A stretch of DNA of 64,000 nt, from sequence record LC819006.1, one strand, 5' to 3'. Below the pieces are notes generated by a model. That model searched no databases and had not been told where the DNA came from. It saw only the letters and a list, made by a program, of their open reading frames with translations. Positions 36,810 through 45,497 of this stretch are shown here, one piece after another (the first letter of the stretch is position 1; each line of letters begins with the position of its first letter). The translations under genes were made by a program, and so were the position numbers.

Positions 36810-37640
36810 ATGTTAGCAGCTTTTCTAATGAGGAAGCCGGTCTTATCGAGAGGCAGTGCAATCTTCACTACTCCAGGCACCTATGACTTCATCGTCCCGG
36901 CAGGAGTCACATTGCTGTGTGGTGTGGGCATCGGTGCCGGTGGAGGTGGTTGGCAAAACACAATCGGTGGAACGAGTACCTGGGGTTCTTCTGGTGGGGG
37001 TGGTGGACTTGGCTGGAAAAACGCAATTCCAGTTACTCCTGGGGAACATCTGATTGTCGTTGTTGGAGCTTTGGGCATTACCGCGGTCGGTAATGCAATC
37101 GGTACCAACGGCGGTGATAGTTATCTCGCTCGTGGATCTACCAAGCTATTTGCTGGGTACGGTGGTTTATGCGGCGGTGCTACTGGCTCAAACACGTCTT
37201 ATGGAAAGGGCGGTGGTTATCTAGGTGACGGCGGCGGTAATGGCGGGGCTGGTGTCAACTTTGATTATGCTGCAGCTGGCGGTGGTGGGGCTGGCGGGTA
37301 TACAGGTAACGGTGGGCAAGGCACAGATATCTCGCAGGGCGCAGCTGGGTTAGGAGGCGGTGCTTCTGGCGGACGAGGAGGTACTAACTATACCGACAAC
37401 GGTTCCGCAGGCCGTGGGGGCGGTACTGGACTATTTGGTCTTGGCAATAGTGCTGCCGCGCAGACGACCAGATGGGGTAACGGTTTACCTGGATCCCAGA
37501 TCGCAGGCGGTGGAGAATTCGGCGGCGGTTCTTCTTCTTCGCGTGTGATCACTCCGAATACACCAGGTCTTGATGGAGGCTTGCGTTTGATTTGGGGTAA
37601 GAACCGAGCGTACCCGTCGACTGATTGCGGTGCAGATTAA
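36810..37640 (+). CDS. glycine-rich tail-associated protein
   Basis: FTTPGTYDFIVPAGVT..GAGGGG..GGGGGLGWKNAIPVTPGE, typical of glycine-rich phage tail domains; MLAAFLMRK tag. Confidence 0.7.
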   Translation: MLAAFLMRKPVLSRGSAIFTTPGTYDFIVPAGVTLLCGVGIGAGGGGWQNTIGGTSTWGSSGGGGGLGWKNAIPVTPGEHLIVVVGALGITAVGNAIGTNGGDSYLARGSTKLFAGYGGLCGGATGSNTSYGKGGGYLGDGGGNGGAGVNFDYAAAGGGGAGGYTGNGGQGTDISQGAAGLGGGASGGRGGTNYTDNGSAGRGGGTGLFGLGNSAAAQTTRWGNGLPGSQIAGGGEFGGGSSSSRVITPNTPGLDGGLRLIWGKNRAYPSTDCGAD

Positions 37641-37641
37641 G

Positions 37642-37675
37642 CATACACTACCTGGCTTTCGCCAGGTAGTGTATG
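37642..37675. terminator. bidirectional hairpin between convergent genes
   Basis: CATACACTACCTGGC-TTTC-GCCAGGTAGTGTATG. Confidence 0.75.
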
Positions 37676-37700
37676 GTCTAACAGCAACGAGTCATGCATT

Positions 37701-38447
37701 TTAATAACCCGTAATAAACGGATTGAAGTTGCCTGTTGTGTAACGAGCGATATTGCTGACGCGCGTTCCGTAGAAATTACCAGAAGCGTACCAGCTAACC
37801 GCTCCGCCACTACCTCCTAACATTCGACCAACCAGAAGAGCCGTCGAATAATTCAGGACGTAGTTATAGGCGTCAGCTGCTGGGGCAGCCAAGGCAGTGC
37901 CGTCATAGAACATCTGCCATTGCCCACTCATGCGTTGGTACGCGATGTGGTGCCATGCGCCTCTGACGATCTTACCAATCGACGGGTTTGCGATCTGCTT
38001 TTGCGACGACGCATTAGCGTACGTCCAGGCCCACAAGGACGTATAGCCGTACGAGCTTTCCGTATAAGCCAGATCGAAGTTGTATGGCGATGTCCCGTTA
38101 TGCCACGAACCCCATGAAATGAACGGCCACCAATACGAATTATCCGCGCTCTGGAAAAGAATGTTCTTGACCCAGAAATACGTTTCGACAGTGAAGTCGT
38201 TCGTACCAGCGAGCAGGTAAGTCGGATTAGGTATCGACAGATAAGCGCCGCCTGCATCCGGAGTTTTTATCGTGGGATAACCAAACAACTTATTCGTTGA
38301 ATCGACAGTCATCCCACTGTTGGTGACTACTGCGTTTTTGCTGGAAAAATCTTTGATCGTTCCGCCGTAGGCGTTCAGAAGAAGCAGTGTATTGGAGTCC
38401 ACAGCAGGACCCACTTGCTTCTTATACAACAGCATTGAATCTAACAT
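37701..38447 (-). CDS. LamG/concanavalin A-like lectin-domain protein
   Basis: MLDSMLLYKK tag; NDFTVETYF..WHHIAYQRMSGQWQMFYDG..LLVGR..GTRVSNIARY. Confidence 0.75.
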   Translation of the reverse strand: MLDSMLLYKKQVGPAVDSNTLLLLNAYGGTIKDFSSKNAVVTNSGMTVDSTNKLFGYPTIKTPDAGGAYLSIPNPTYLLAGTNDFTVETYFWVKNILFQSADNSYWWPFISWGSWHNGTSPYNFDLAYTESSYGYTSLWAWTYANASSQKQIANPSIGKIVRGAWHHIAYQRMSGQWQMFYDGTALAAPAADAYNYVLNYSTALLVGRMLGGSGGAVSWYASGNFYGTRVSNIARYTTGNFNPFITGY

Positions 38448-39076
38448 CAGACAGTCGTCCCGTGGGTAATTGAAAGGGAATTGATCTTCCAGTTTCCCAT
38501 AGTGGCAAACTGAGTTCCTACGATCGTGCCCGAAGACGTAAGGTAAGAACCCAAGACCCAATCGACATTACACTTGCGTTGAGTTGCGAAAGTGTTGCTG
38601 TAGATGGTATTGCCATTGAGTTTGCAAAGGAAAGCACTTCCTTTACGCTGCCAGAAGAAATCAAATGGAGTATTGAGAGCGATGTTGTTCGAACCACTCG
38701 TCGACTGATAAACGCTTTCTGAAATAGAACCGATCGACAACCGAACCGTTCCGTCGTTATACCGTTGGAAACAGAATTCTCCCTGACCTGCTACTTGCAA
38801 CCATTTGCCGATGAGGTAAAGCGAGTTTCCATTCCCGGTGTTTTGGCTATATACGACGGCATTCATTCGGATTTCCATATCTTCGCCGATAGGGTAAGGC
38901 GAAGTTCCATAGGGAATCCGAATATAGTCAATCTGAGCGCCGCCCGCAAATGTGTAAGAGCCGTCGCTGCCCTGTGTGACACCAGAGGACTTAGTCCAGG
39001 TGTTGGTCGCGCCACCACCTTCAATGTTGATCACATTTGCAACAGCTTTCTTCTTTAATAAAATTGATTCCAGCAT
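38447..39076 (-). CDS. lectin-like beta-sandwich protein
   Basis: MLESILLKKK tag; beta-rich ConA-like pattern; stop overlaps the downstream ATG. Confidence 0.6.
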   Translation of the reverse strand: MLESILLKKKAVANVINIEGGGATNTWTKSSGVTQGSDGSYTFAGGAQIDYIRIPYGTSPYPIGEDMEIRMNAVVYSQNTGNGNSLYLIGKWLQVAGQGEFCFQRYNDGTVRLSIGSISESVYQSTSGSNNIALNTPFDFFWQRKGSAFLCKLNGNTIYSNTFATQRKCNVDWVLGSYLTSSGTIVGTQFATMGNWKINSLSITHGTTV

Positions 39077-39107
39077 AGCAAGCCCTGTTTGTCGAATGTC
39101 ACAGGAT

Positions 39108-39506
39108 TTACTCTCTTGTCATTGCTTCCCTTAAGACCTGGATATCTTTCTCGTCTTTCTTGCGATTCAATGGTAACTTCAGTTCCAGAAGACTCTTAAG
39201 CGACTGGACATGATAGCCATTGATAATCCGATCGCATTCATGTTTCGTGTCACGTGCATCGATTACGCCACCCACTACCCACATGACATCAGGCTTGCCT
39301 TTGACAGGCAATTTGTAGTAGACGCCAGTTGTCACCATACGACGACAAACTTCAGTCGGTACGTACAGATCGATATCCGCTGTTAAATCTCTCAGTCCTC
39401 GCATGACCATGGCTGAACCACCCAGTACTTGGATCTGATTTCGTTCGAGTTTCATGTGCCAACAGAACTCACTAAGTTTATCCAGTACCTGCTGTTTGTG
39501 TAGCAT
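39108..39506 (-). CDS. small nucleotidyltransferase-like protein (paralog B)
   Basis: VLGGSAMVMRGLRDLTADIDLYV (G-G/S..DxD) and C-terminal RKKDEKD. Confidence 0.6.
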   Translation of the reverse strand: MLHKQQVLDKLSEFCWHMKLERNQIQVLGGSAMVMRGLRDLTADIDLYVPTEVCRRMVTTGVYYKLPVKGKPDVMWVVGGVIDARDTKHECDRIINGYHVQSLKSLLELKLPLNRKKDEKDIQVLREAMTRE

Positions 39507-39522
39507 TTCGGCTCCAAAAAGC

Positions 39523-39571
39523 AAAAAAAATAAGAGTAGACAGAGTGGGCACGAGCCCACTCTGTTACTTA
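39523..39571 (-). terminator. Rho-independent terminator, copy 1 of a direct repeat
   Basis: stem CAGAGTGGGC/GCCCACTCTG with an A-run on the plus strand (U-tract on minus); matches 40027..40074 except for the loop. Confidence 0.85.
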
Positions 39572-39967
39572 AATCTGCGTCAAAGCTTGACGAAGACTTT
39601 GGATATCTTTCTGATCCTTCGGTCGATTCATATTCAACTTCAATTGAAGAAGACTATCCAACGATTGAACATTGTATCCTTCACAAATCCAATCACAGAA
39701 GAATCTCGTATCCCCAATATCCAACACATCCGTTTCAAACCTCAGAAACTGAGGACCTCTCCTCGCTTCACTGATTTTAAAATCACCAGTATCGATTAAC
39801 CTTTGACAAGTTTCTCGATGAACATACATATCCACATCTGCTGCATAATCCCTCAAACCTCTTAACACCAAAGCCGCACCACTGAACACTTCCACTTCAC
39901 TTTTCTCAACACCATACTTCTCACAGAACTTATTCAATTCTTGGATAATTTGTTCTTTGTTCAACAT
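39569..39967 (-). CDS. small nucleotidyltransferase-like protein (paralog A)
   Basis: VFSGAALVLRGLRDYAADVDMYV and C-terminal RPKDQKD; RBS GAAGGA. Confidence 0.6.
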   Translation of the reverse strand: MLNKEQIIQELNKFCEKYGVEKSEVEVFSGAALVLRGLRDYAADVDMYVHRETCQRLIDTGDFKISEARRGPQFLRFETDVLDIGDTRFFCDWICEGYNVQSLDSLLQLKLNMNRPKDQKDIQSLRQALTQI

Positions 39968-39998
39968 TTTAGTTCCTTCATTGTGGAATGTCACCCGA

Positions 39999-40006
39999 GT
40001 TATATA
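39999..40006 (-). promoter_or_regulatory. putative early promoter element (TATATAAC)
   Basis: one mismatch to the phiKZ early motif TATATTAC, 32 nt upstream of ATG 39967; shares the ATATAT(A/T)ACTC context with 42156. Confidence 0.45.
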
Positions 40007-40026
40007 TGGATGAGTTATTCTGCAAC

Positions 40027-40074
40027 AAAAAAATAAGAGTAGACAGAGTGGGCTCACGCCCACTCTGTTACTTA
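40027..40074 (-). terminator. Rho-independent terminator of the ligase gene, copy 2 of a direct repeat
   Basis: same stem and flanks as 39523..39571. Confidence 0.85.
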
Positions 40075-42132
40075 GAAGTTCTCGATGATTTCAGGAACGA
40101 AGTCGATAAACTTCAGCCCCAGCTTCATCGCCTTCTCGACCTTACCAGCACTGGGCTCTTTCCCAAGCAACAGGAACTCAGCTTTCTTACTGATCGATGG
40201 CAGGAGATTACCGCCACGCGCTTCGATGAAAGCCTTGATGTCATCTCGGCTCATTCCCTCGAACGACCCAGTGATCGAGAAGTTCCGACCCTTGAGTGTC
40301 TGAGGTACTGTGAGTGCATCGTCCTTCTTGGGAAACCGCAGATGCTTCAGCAGCTTCTCGATGCTATCCCAGTTCTCACGGAAGTACGTGTAGATCGATT
40401 TCGCCGTCTCTTCACCAATGCCTTCAATGCGCATCAGTTCATCGACAGTCAGTTCACGGATGAGATCCATGTTGAATGTGTGACGGCACAGATCCTTAGC
40501 CGTTTCCTCACCCACATGACGAATACCCAACGCGTAGACGAATCGCTGAGGTGTCGTATCCCTTGCCGCTTCGATTGCATCCAGCAGATTACGAATCGAC
40601 TTCTCACCCATGCCTTCCAGTTCATGCAAATGGTCGGCTGTGAGTTCGAACAAATCTGCCAGTTCATAGATGAAACGATGCTCGATCAATTCCTCGATCG
40701 TCTTTTCACCCATGCCAACGATGTTCAGTGCTTTACGGCTCACAGCATGGCAGAACATACCAAACTTCTGAGCCGGGCACTTCAGACCGCCAGTACACCG
40801 ATAGATCTTACCTTCTTCGTCTTCCTTCTGGATCGTGCTGCCACAATCTGGACAATGAACGGGCATGTGGAAGAACGTTTCGTTACCGGTACGTTCCTTT
40901 TCGAGCGGACCTACAATCTCAGGAACCACATCACCAGCACGACGAACGATCACCTTATCGCCAATTCGAAGACCTTTACGATGGATTTCGTCTTCGTTAT
41001 GCAGTGTTGCGTTGGAAACCCATACACCACCCACGAAAACGGGCTTCAGACGCCCCACGGGAGTAATGGCTCCCGTTCTACCTACCTGAACGTCGATCGC
41101 CTCCAGAGTCGTTACAGCCTCTTCAGCAGGGAACTTCCACGCAATTGAAAAACGTGGAGCACGAGAAACAAAACCAACGATTGCTTGAGCCGCACGATAG
41201 TTCAGCTTGACGACAAAGCCGTCGATACCGAATTCGAGCTTTTCGCGCATTGCCTTGACGTCGTTGTGGATCTTGATAACTTCGTTTACGTCGTTGGCCA
41301 CCCAGCAGTAATCAGAGTTCGTGTTGAAACCCCATTCGCTGAAGAGTTCCAGGATGCCATAATGCGTATCGGGCATCCAGTTGATGATGTTCTCCTCGAA
41401 GTGACCATAGCCGTAGCACATGAACTCCAGACCACGCCCTTTGGCTTTGGACGAATCCAGAGTACGCAGAGCACCAGCCGCAGCATTACGAGGATTGCCG
41501 TATTCCTTTTCGCCCTTTGCATGCAGCTCAGCATTGGTCTTCAAGAACGCAGCATTAGGCATGATAACTTCACCACGCACTTCCAGTTCATCCAGACCGT
41601 TTGCATCTGGAATGATCAACGGAATGTTTTTGACATGCCGGATGTTGTGTGTTACATCTTCACCTGTGGTTCCATCGCCACGAGTGACTGCCTTATCCAG
41701 CATGAGCTTATTGCCCTGGCGTTTATACTGCAAGTCCAGAGACAGGCCATCGAACTTCAACTCGCAGACATAGAACGGCACCATCCGATCGAAGTTTTTA
41801 CCTCTCGAAGTCGGATTGGCTTTCAAAGTCAGATGCAGCTTGGAATCCCATTCACGGAATTCCTGTTCACTGAACACATTGTTCAGTGAGAGCATCGGAG
41901 CTTTGTGATCCACCTTTTCAAACTTGACATTCGGCTTAAAGCCTACCCGCAACGTCGGACTCTCCGGGTCCACGTGATCGGGATGTTTCTTTTCCAACTC
42001 TTGCAACTCCCGTACAAGAGCGTCGTACTCGTGATCCGTGATTCCAGGCTGATCGTCGTCATGATACTTACGATCGTATTCCAGAATCAAAGAGACGAGT
42101 TGTTTCATTCTATCGTGATCGTCCATTTTCAT
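40072..42132 (-). CDS. ligA: NAD-dependent DNA ligase
   Basis: YH..D.P.I.D.EYD; ELKFDG (KxDG); TRGDG..GEDVT; zinc finger CPDC..C..C; HhH repeats; BRCT ITGSF. Confidence 0.97.
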   Translation of the reverse strand: MKMDDHDRMKQLVSLILEYDRKYHDDDQPGITDHEYDALVRELQELEKKHPDHVDPESPTLRVGFKPNVKFEKVDHKAPMLSLNNVFSEQEFREWDSKLHLTLKANPTSRGKNFDRMVPFYVCELKFDGLSLDLQYKRQGNKLMLDKAVTRGDGTTGEDVTHNIRHVKNIPLIIPDANGLDELEVRGEVIMPNAAFLKTNAELHAKGEKEYGNPRNAAAGALRTLDSSKAKGRGLEFMCYGYGHFEENIINWMPDTHYGILELFSEWGFNTNSDYCWVANDVNEVIKIHNDVKAMREKLEFGIDGFVVKLNYRAAQAIVGFVSRAPRFSIAWKFPAEEAVTTLEAIDVQVGRTGAITPVGRLKPVFVGGVWVSNATLHNEDEIHRKGLRIGDKVIVRRAGDVVPEIVGPLEKERTGNETFFHMPVHCPDCGSTIQKEDEEGKIYRCTGGLKCPAQKFGMFCHAVSRKALNIVGMGEKTIEELIEHRFIYELADLFELTADHLHELEGMGEKSIRNLLDAIEAARDTTPQRFVYALGIRHVGEETAKDLCRHTFNMDLIRELTVDELMRIEGIGEETAKSIYTYFRENWDSIEKLLKHLRFPKKDDALTVPQTLKGRNFSITGSFEGMSRDDIKAFIEARGGNLLPSISKKAEFLLLGKEPSAGKVEKAMKLGLKFIDFVPEIIENF

Positions 42133-42155
42133 CTCTCTGTGGGATGGTCAGAAGA

Positions 42156-42163
42156 GTAATATA
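42156..42163 (-). promoter_or_regulatory. putative phiKZ-type early promoter (TATATTAC)
   Basis: exact TATATTAC on the minus strand 24 nt upstream of the ligA start, in an AT-rich intergenic region. Confidence 0.55.
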
Positions 42164-42195
42164 TCGGTGAAAAAATAACAGACATAAAAGCACTG

Positions 42196-42225
42196 GATAC
42201 TCCTAGCCCGAAGGCTAGGAGTATC
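42196..42225. terminator. stem-loop terminator
   Basis: GATACTCCTAGCC-CGAA-GGCTAGGAGTATC just downstream of the 42234 stop. Confidence 0.75.
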
Positions 42226-42233
42226 GGATGCGT

Positions 42234-42683
42234 TTACGGCTGAAGCATGAGCGTCTGCGAGACTTCGTACAGATTAGCCCAGACACGAAGTGTGACGTAA
42301 GCCGATTCGTTCTTATCCAGCTGACTTGCGCCCTTACCTACGCCCGACAGTATCGCTTCCACGGCAGGAGCAACCAGCAGTTGCATCTGAGGAAGTTGGA
42401 CACCGGTATACTGACCGTCGATCCACTTGATCAGAGCAAAGCCTGCCTTGATGTACGTATCCAGATTGTCGAGGAGGTTTCCGCCAGCACGGATCAGCTG
42501 TTGCAGGTCGATGATGCTACGATCGATCTGAACACGGCTCAAGCCCTGTTCCTGCTGAACGCGCGAGCCTGAAAAATGGTTATACTTAACCACATAACCA
42601 GCCCGCTCATTCATGATCACCACCAGGTCCTCTTTATAGGAATTGATGGCGTCACGAAGCAGATCACTGTTCGTCAGTTGCAT
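42234..42683 (-). CDS. hypothetical protein
   Basis: 149-aa ORF with an RBS. Confidence 0.6.
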   Translation of the reverse strand: MQLTNSDLLRDAINSYKEDLVVIMNERAGYVVKYNHFSGSRVQQEQGLSRVQIDRSIIDLQQLIRAGGNLLDNLDTYIKAGFALIKWIDGQYTGVQLPQMQLLVAPAVEAILSGVGKGASQLDKNESAYVTLRVWANLYEVSQTLMLQP

Positions 42684-42692
42684 TACGTCCCC

Positions 42693-43313
42693 TTAAGAGA
42701 GAATGATGCCGGCCGATTCAGCGTTACGACGCGCTTCACGTTCAGCGTGCACACGGTCGAATTCTTCCTTCGTCACTTCCTTTCCGTCGACAATGTACTT
42801 CGCCGGTTCCGGTTGCCCGCCGTTCACTTCATTGCGCTGTGCGCGCAGGAACGATGCCTGTTCGAACACGTTGGTGTCCGGATACAGACGGCCGAGGTTT
42901 TGAGCGAAGTCGGCCAGGATCGTGCACGCGAAGACTTCTTCGATCGTCGACTTCTGCAGATCCTTGTTTAGATCGATGATCGTCGCATGCGCCAGCTTGA
43001 CCTGATCTTTCACGTTTTTCACGCCATCGAACAGGTGCGGAATTTCGTTGTAGGCGAGCAGAACCGACGCCGCACCGATCAGATCGGTCAGGCGTTTGAT
43101 TTCCAGATCGCACGACTGGACCTTCTGGACCTGGCCTTGAATTTCCATCGGATTCGGCTTGACGATGACGCTGGCCTGCATCTTCATGAACTTCAGCAGT
43201 TCTTCAGCGCGACGGTTGACCCAGTCACGTGCACGATGCGTGTACAGCTGACGCGCTTCTTCGAGCTTCTTGATTTCTTCGTCGGTGAAAGGACGCTTGT
43301 TATTTTCGGACAT
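42693..43313 (-). CDS. hypothetical protein
   Basis: 206-aa helical ORF with core-gene codon style. Confidence 0.65.
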   Translation of the reverse strand: MSENNKRPFTDEEIKKLEEARQLYTHRARDWVNRRAEELLKFMKMQASVIVKPNPMEIQGQVQKVQSCDLEIKRLTDLIGAASVLLAYNEIPHLFDGVKNVKDQVKLAHATIIDLNKDLQKSTIEEVFACTILADFAQNLGRLYPDTNVFEQASFLRAQRNEVNGGQPEPAKYIVDGKEVTKEEFDRVHAEREARRNAESAGIILS

Positions 43314-43572
43314 TTGCTTGAGATTCCAGTTGTTTGTAACGTTTTACAAGTTTACGAGAGAAACGTCCCATCACAGCAGCCCAGTGCTCTTCAGGAACAA
43401 TTTCGAACATGTACTGCACGGCATAACGATACTGCGTCAGCGCCGCAGGCCGAGTCATTGCTTCATGAAACGGAAAGCGGCGCAGGACTGCATCTTCATG
43501 GGTGCCGTTGTGAAGCTGCGTCATCGTGACGTCATGGTCGGCGATCCCGCCGATGAGCCCGCGCCCCATCAT
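43300..43572 (-). CDS. hypothetical protein
   Basis: 90-aa ORF packed between neighbours. Confidence 0.5.
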   Translation of the reverse strand: MMGRGLIGGIADHDVTMTQLHNGTHEDAVLRRFPFHEAMTRPAALTQYRYAVQYMFEIVPEEHWAAVMGRFSRKLVKRYKQLESQANVRK

Positions 43573-43578
43573 GCCTCC

Positions 43579-44307
43579 TTAATGCAAAACAGGCTTGGCT
43601 TCGCCTTCTTCCGCCGGCTTGGCGACGAGTTCGTCCTTCTTCTTCAGACGGTCGTTGCTGAAAGGCAGACCATTCAACAGGAACTCGATCAGCCGATCGC
43701 GAATCGAATGGACGACGAAATCCCAGCCATAGCCACGCAGGTTGTCCTGATTGCCGAAGTAGATAGCCAGTTCGTTGATCTGCTTTTCGAGTTCGGCCGG
43801 CGACTTTGCTTGAAGCTTCTTCTGAGGAATGACGAAGTTGATCTGGTCGTATGCTTCGCTCACGTACTTAGTGGTGTACGGATACAGATTGAAGTAGACC
43901 AGGTCCTTCGTCCAGTCAGCCAGACTGTCCGGCATCATGGTATCGAACTGCTCCATGTATTGCGACACGTTCAGGATGATCACCGAACGGATACGACGCA
44001 GTTCCGTGTTGATCATCTTGTCCGTCGGATACTTCGGATCGGTCGTTTCGCCGTCTTCTGTCAGATATGCCTGGCTGAGGAAGTTCTTGAAACCAACTTC
44101 AGCGTGATTGGCCATCGCACGCGCCGAATTCGGGCCGAACGCCAGCAAAGTTGCCGTATGACGCGGACCACCTTCGCGCTGCTGGAGGTAGTTCTTCTTC
44201 TCCCACCAGAAGCGAGTGCGCATCTGTTCCAGACTGTGTACTGCTTTTTCTTCGAGGGTTCCGTTGTGCGGATAAACCTCTTCGTTATCCATGTCGTGAA
44301 AGAACAT
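43579..44307 (-). CDS. hypothetical protein
   Basis: 242-aa ORF, RBS GGAAGG. Confidence 0.65.
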   Translation of the reverse strand: MFFHDMDNEEVYPHNGTLEEKAVHSLEQMRTRFWWEKKNYLQQREGGPRHTATLLAFGPNSARAMANHAEVGFKNFLSQAYLTEDGETTDPKYPTDKMINTELRRIRSVIILNVSQYMEQFDTMMPDSLADWTKDLVYFNLYPYTTKYVSEAYDQINFVIPQKKLQAKSPAELEKQINELAIYFGNQDNLRGYGWDFVVHSIRDRLIEFLLNGLPFSNDRLKKKDELVAKPAEEGEAKPVLH

Positions 44308-44315
44308 CGGCCTTC

Positions 44316-44780
44316 CTAGATATAGTTTTCAAAAGGAAACTCATGAATTTCGTGAGATTCCACCAATGTGGCCTTGTCTTTAACAATAGCGACTTGGCCA
44401 TCAGGATACACAATGTGTTCCTCAGAGTCGTAGATAGCGATGTGAAAGCCCAGTTCACGAAGTAAGACCAGGCTATTCACCGCACTCCACAACTTTAAAG
44501 CATCTTCAAAAGCGAAGATGTGCTGGCCGTACGTCGTGGCCGGAGCATTGAAGTCCCCCGGCTCAGCCAAGCACACCATCGCATCCGAGGCAAACCGCCC
44601 ACGACCACTTTCGTGGGTGAACGGTCCTCTGCGGCTCTCCGGATGTTCTATCCGGAATACGCGCCGGGTTGCGTACTCGGTTTCAATGCGGGCAGGGCCG
44701 GCGGCTCTGCGGGCATCGGTTCTTGAGTACGTGCCGCGAATTCTTCCAGCTGCTCGACGCGCAGCGCGGTTCTGATCCAT
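44316..44780 (-). CDS. hypothetical protein (start uncertain)
   Basis: fills the gap 44316-44647; the only upstream ATG overlaps the previous gene by about 130 nt. Confidence 0.45.
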   Translation of the reverse strand: MDQNRAARRAAGRIRGTYSRTDARRAAGPARIETEYATRRVFRIEHPESRRGPFTHESGRGRFASDAMVCLAEPGDFNAPATTYGQHIFAFEDALKLWSAVNSLVLLRELGFHIAIYDSEEHIVYPDGQVAIVKDKATLVESHEIHEFPFENYI

Positions 44781-45178
44781 GTATGGTTATCCTCGCCCAC
44801 AATGAATACAATGCCGGGCTGTTTGTAACGGGCGGTGCCATCATCTACGTCGACGGCGATGTCCGTTTGCAAAAGTTGAAATTTCACCCCGCTTTCGCCT
44901 TCAAGCAAAGGCGTCAGCTGATTTAGCACATGCACATCCTCGGGTTTGCGCATGAGTTGCCGGGTGAGTGCGTACGTGTTTTGCACCATCAGTTCGTAAC
45001 GAGATTGCAGGACATAGAGGATTTCATCCTTGTCGTCCGGGTGATGGTAACGAGCCACGTAATTGAGCAGCTTGCGAAGAAACTCGTTGCCCTCGGAGTA
45101 CAGCCCGAAAGGCAGACCCGTCAACTCACGTTGGGTCGGGTGCAGATCACGGATATTAACGTACCGTGTTTGATTCAT
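44648..45178 (-). CDS. hypothetical protein
   Basis: 176-aa ORF, RBS AGGAG. Confidence 0.6.
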   Translation of the reverse strand: MNQTRYVNIRDLHPTQRELTGLPFGLYSEGNEFLRKLLNYVARYHHPDDKDEILYVLQSRYELMVQNTYALTRQLMRKPEDVHVLNQLTPLLEGESGVKFQLLQTDIAVDVDDGTARYKQPGIVFIVGEDNHTWIRTALRVEQLEEFAARTQEPMPAEPPALPALKPSTQPGAYSG

Positions 45179-45205
45179 GACTAGCTCCTGAGTGAGACCA
45201 CACCA

Positions 45206-45412
45206 TCAGGCATGAATCGCGGTATCCAGCAGAATCAGGTCCGACAGATGGTTGAGCTCGACGAGCGTGATCTTCGTATTGCGATCGCGACCCTTAATAG
45301 CGTCGAGACAAAGGTTGTTACCCCCGGCTTTTACTCTGGCTGCATCCACGGCGTCTTGAATCGTGTACTTCTTAACTACTTGCTCGAAGATCGTCCAGAT
45401 TTGCTGTGCCAT
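45206..45412 (-). CDS. small hypothetical protein
   Basis: 68-aa ORF, RBS AGGAG. Confidence 0.55.
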   Translation of the reverse strand: MAQQIWTIFEQVVKKYTIQDAVDAARVKAGGNNLCLDAIKGRDRNTKITLVELNHLSDLILLDTAIHA

Positions 45413-45497
45413 TGTCTAACTCCTATTTTGAAAGAAGACAGTGAGGCGACGGCCAGCCTCCTCACTATCGCTACGACTGTTTTAAAATTACAGCTTC

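Noticed and set aside
733-39079. Many late-gene starts read TATG, matching the phiKZ late-promoter core
   Set aside because: A T before ATG is expected from AT-rich spacers, these genes have normal RBSs upstream, and transcription starting within TATG would cut off the start codon.
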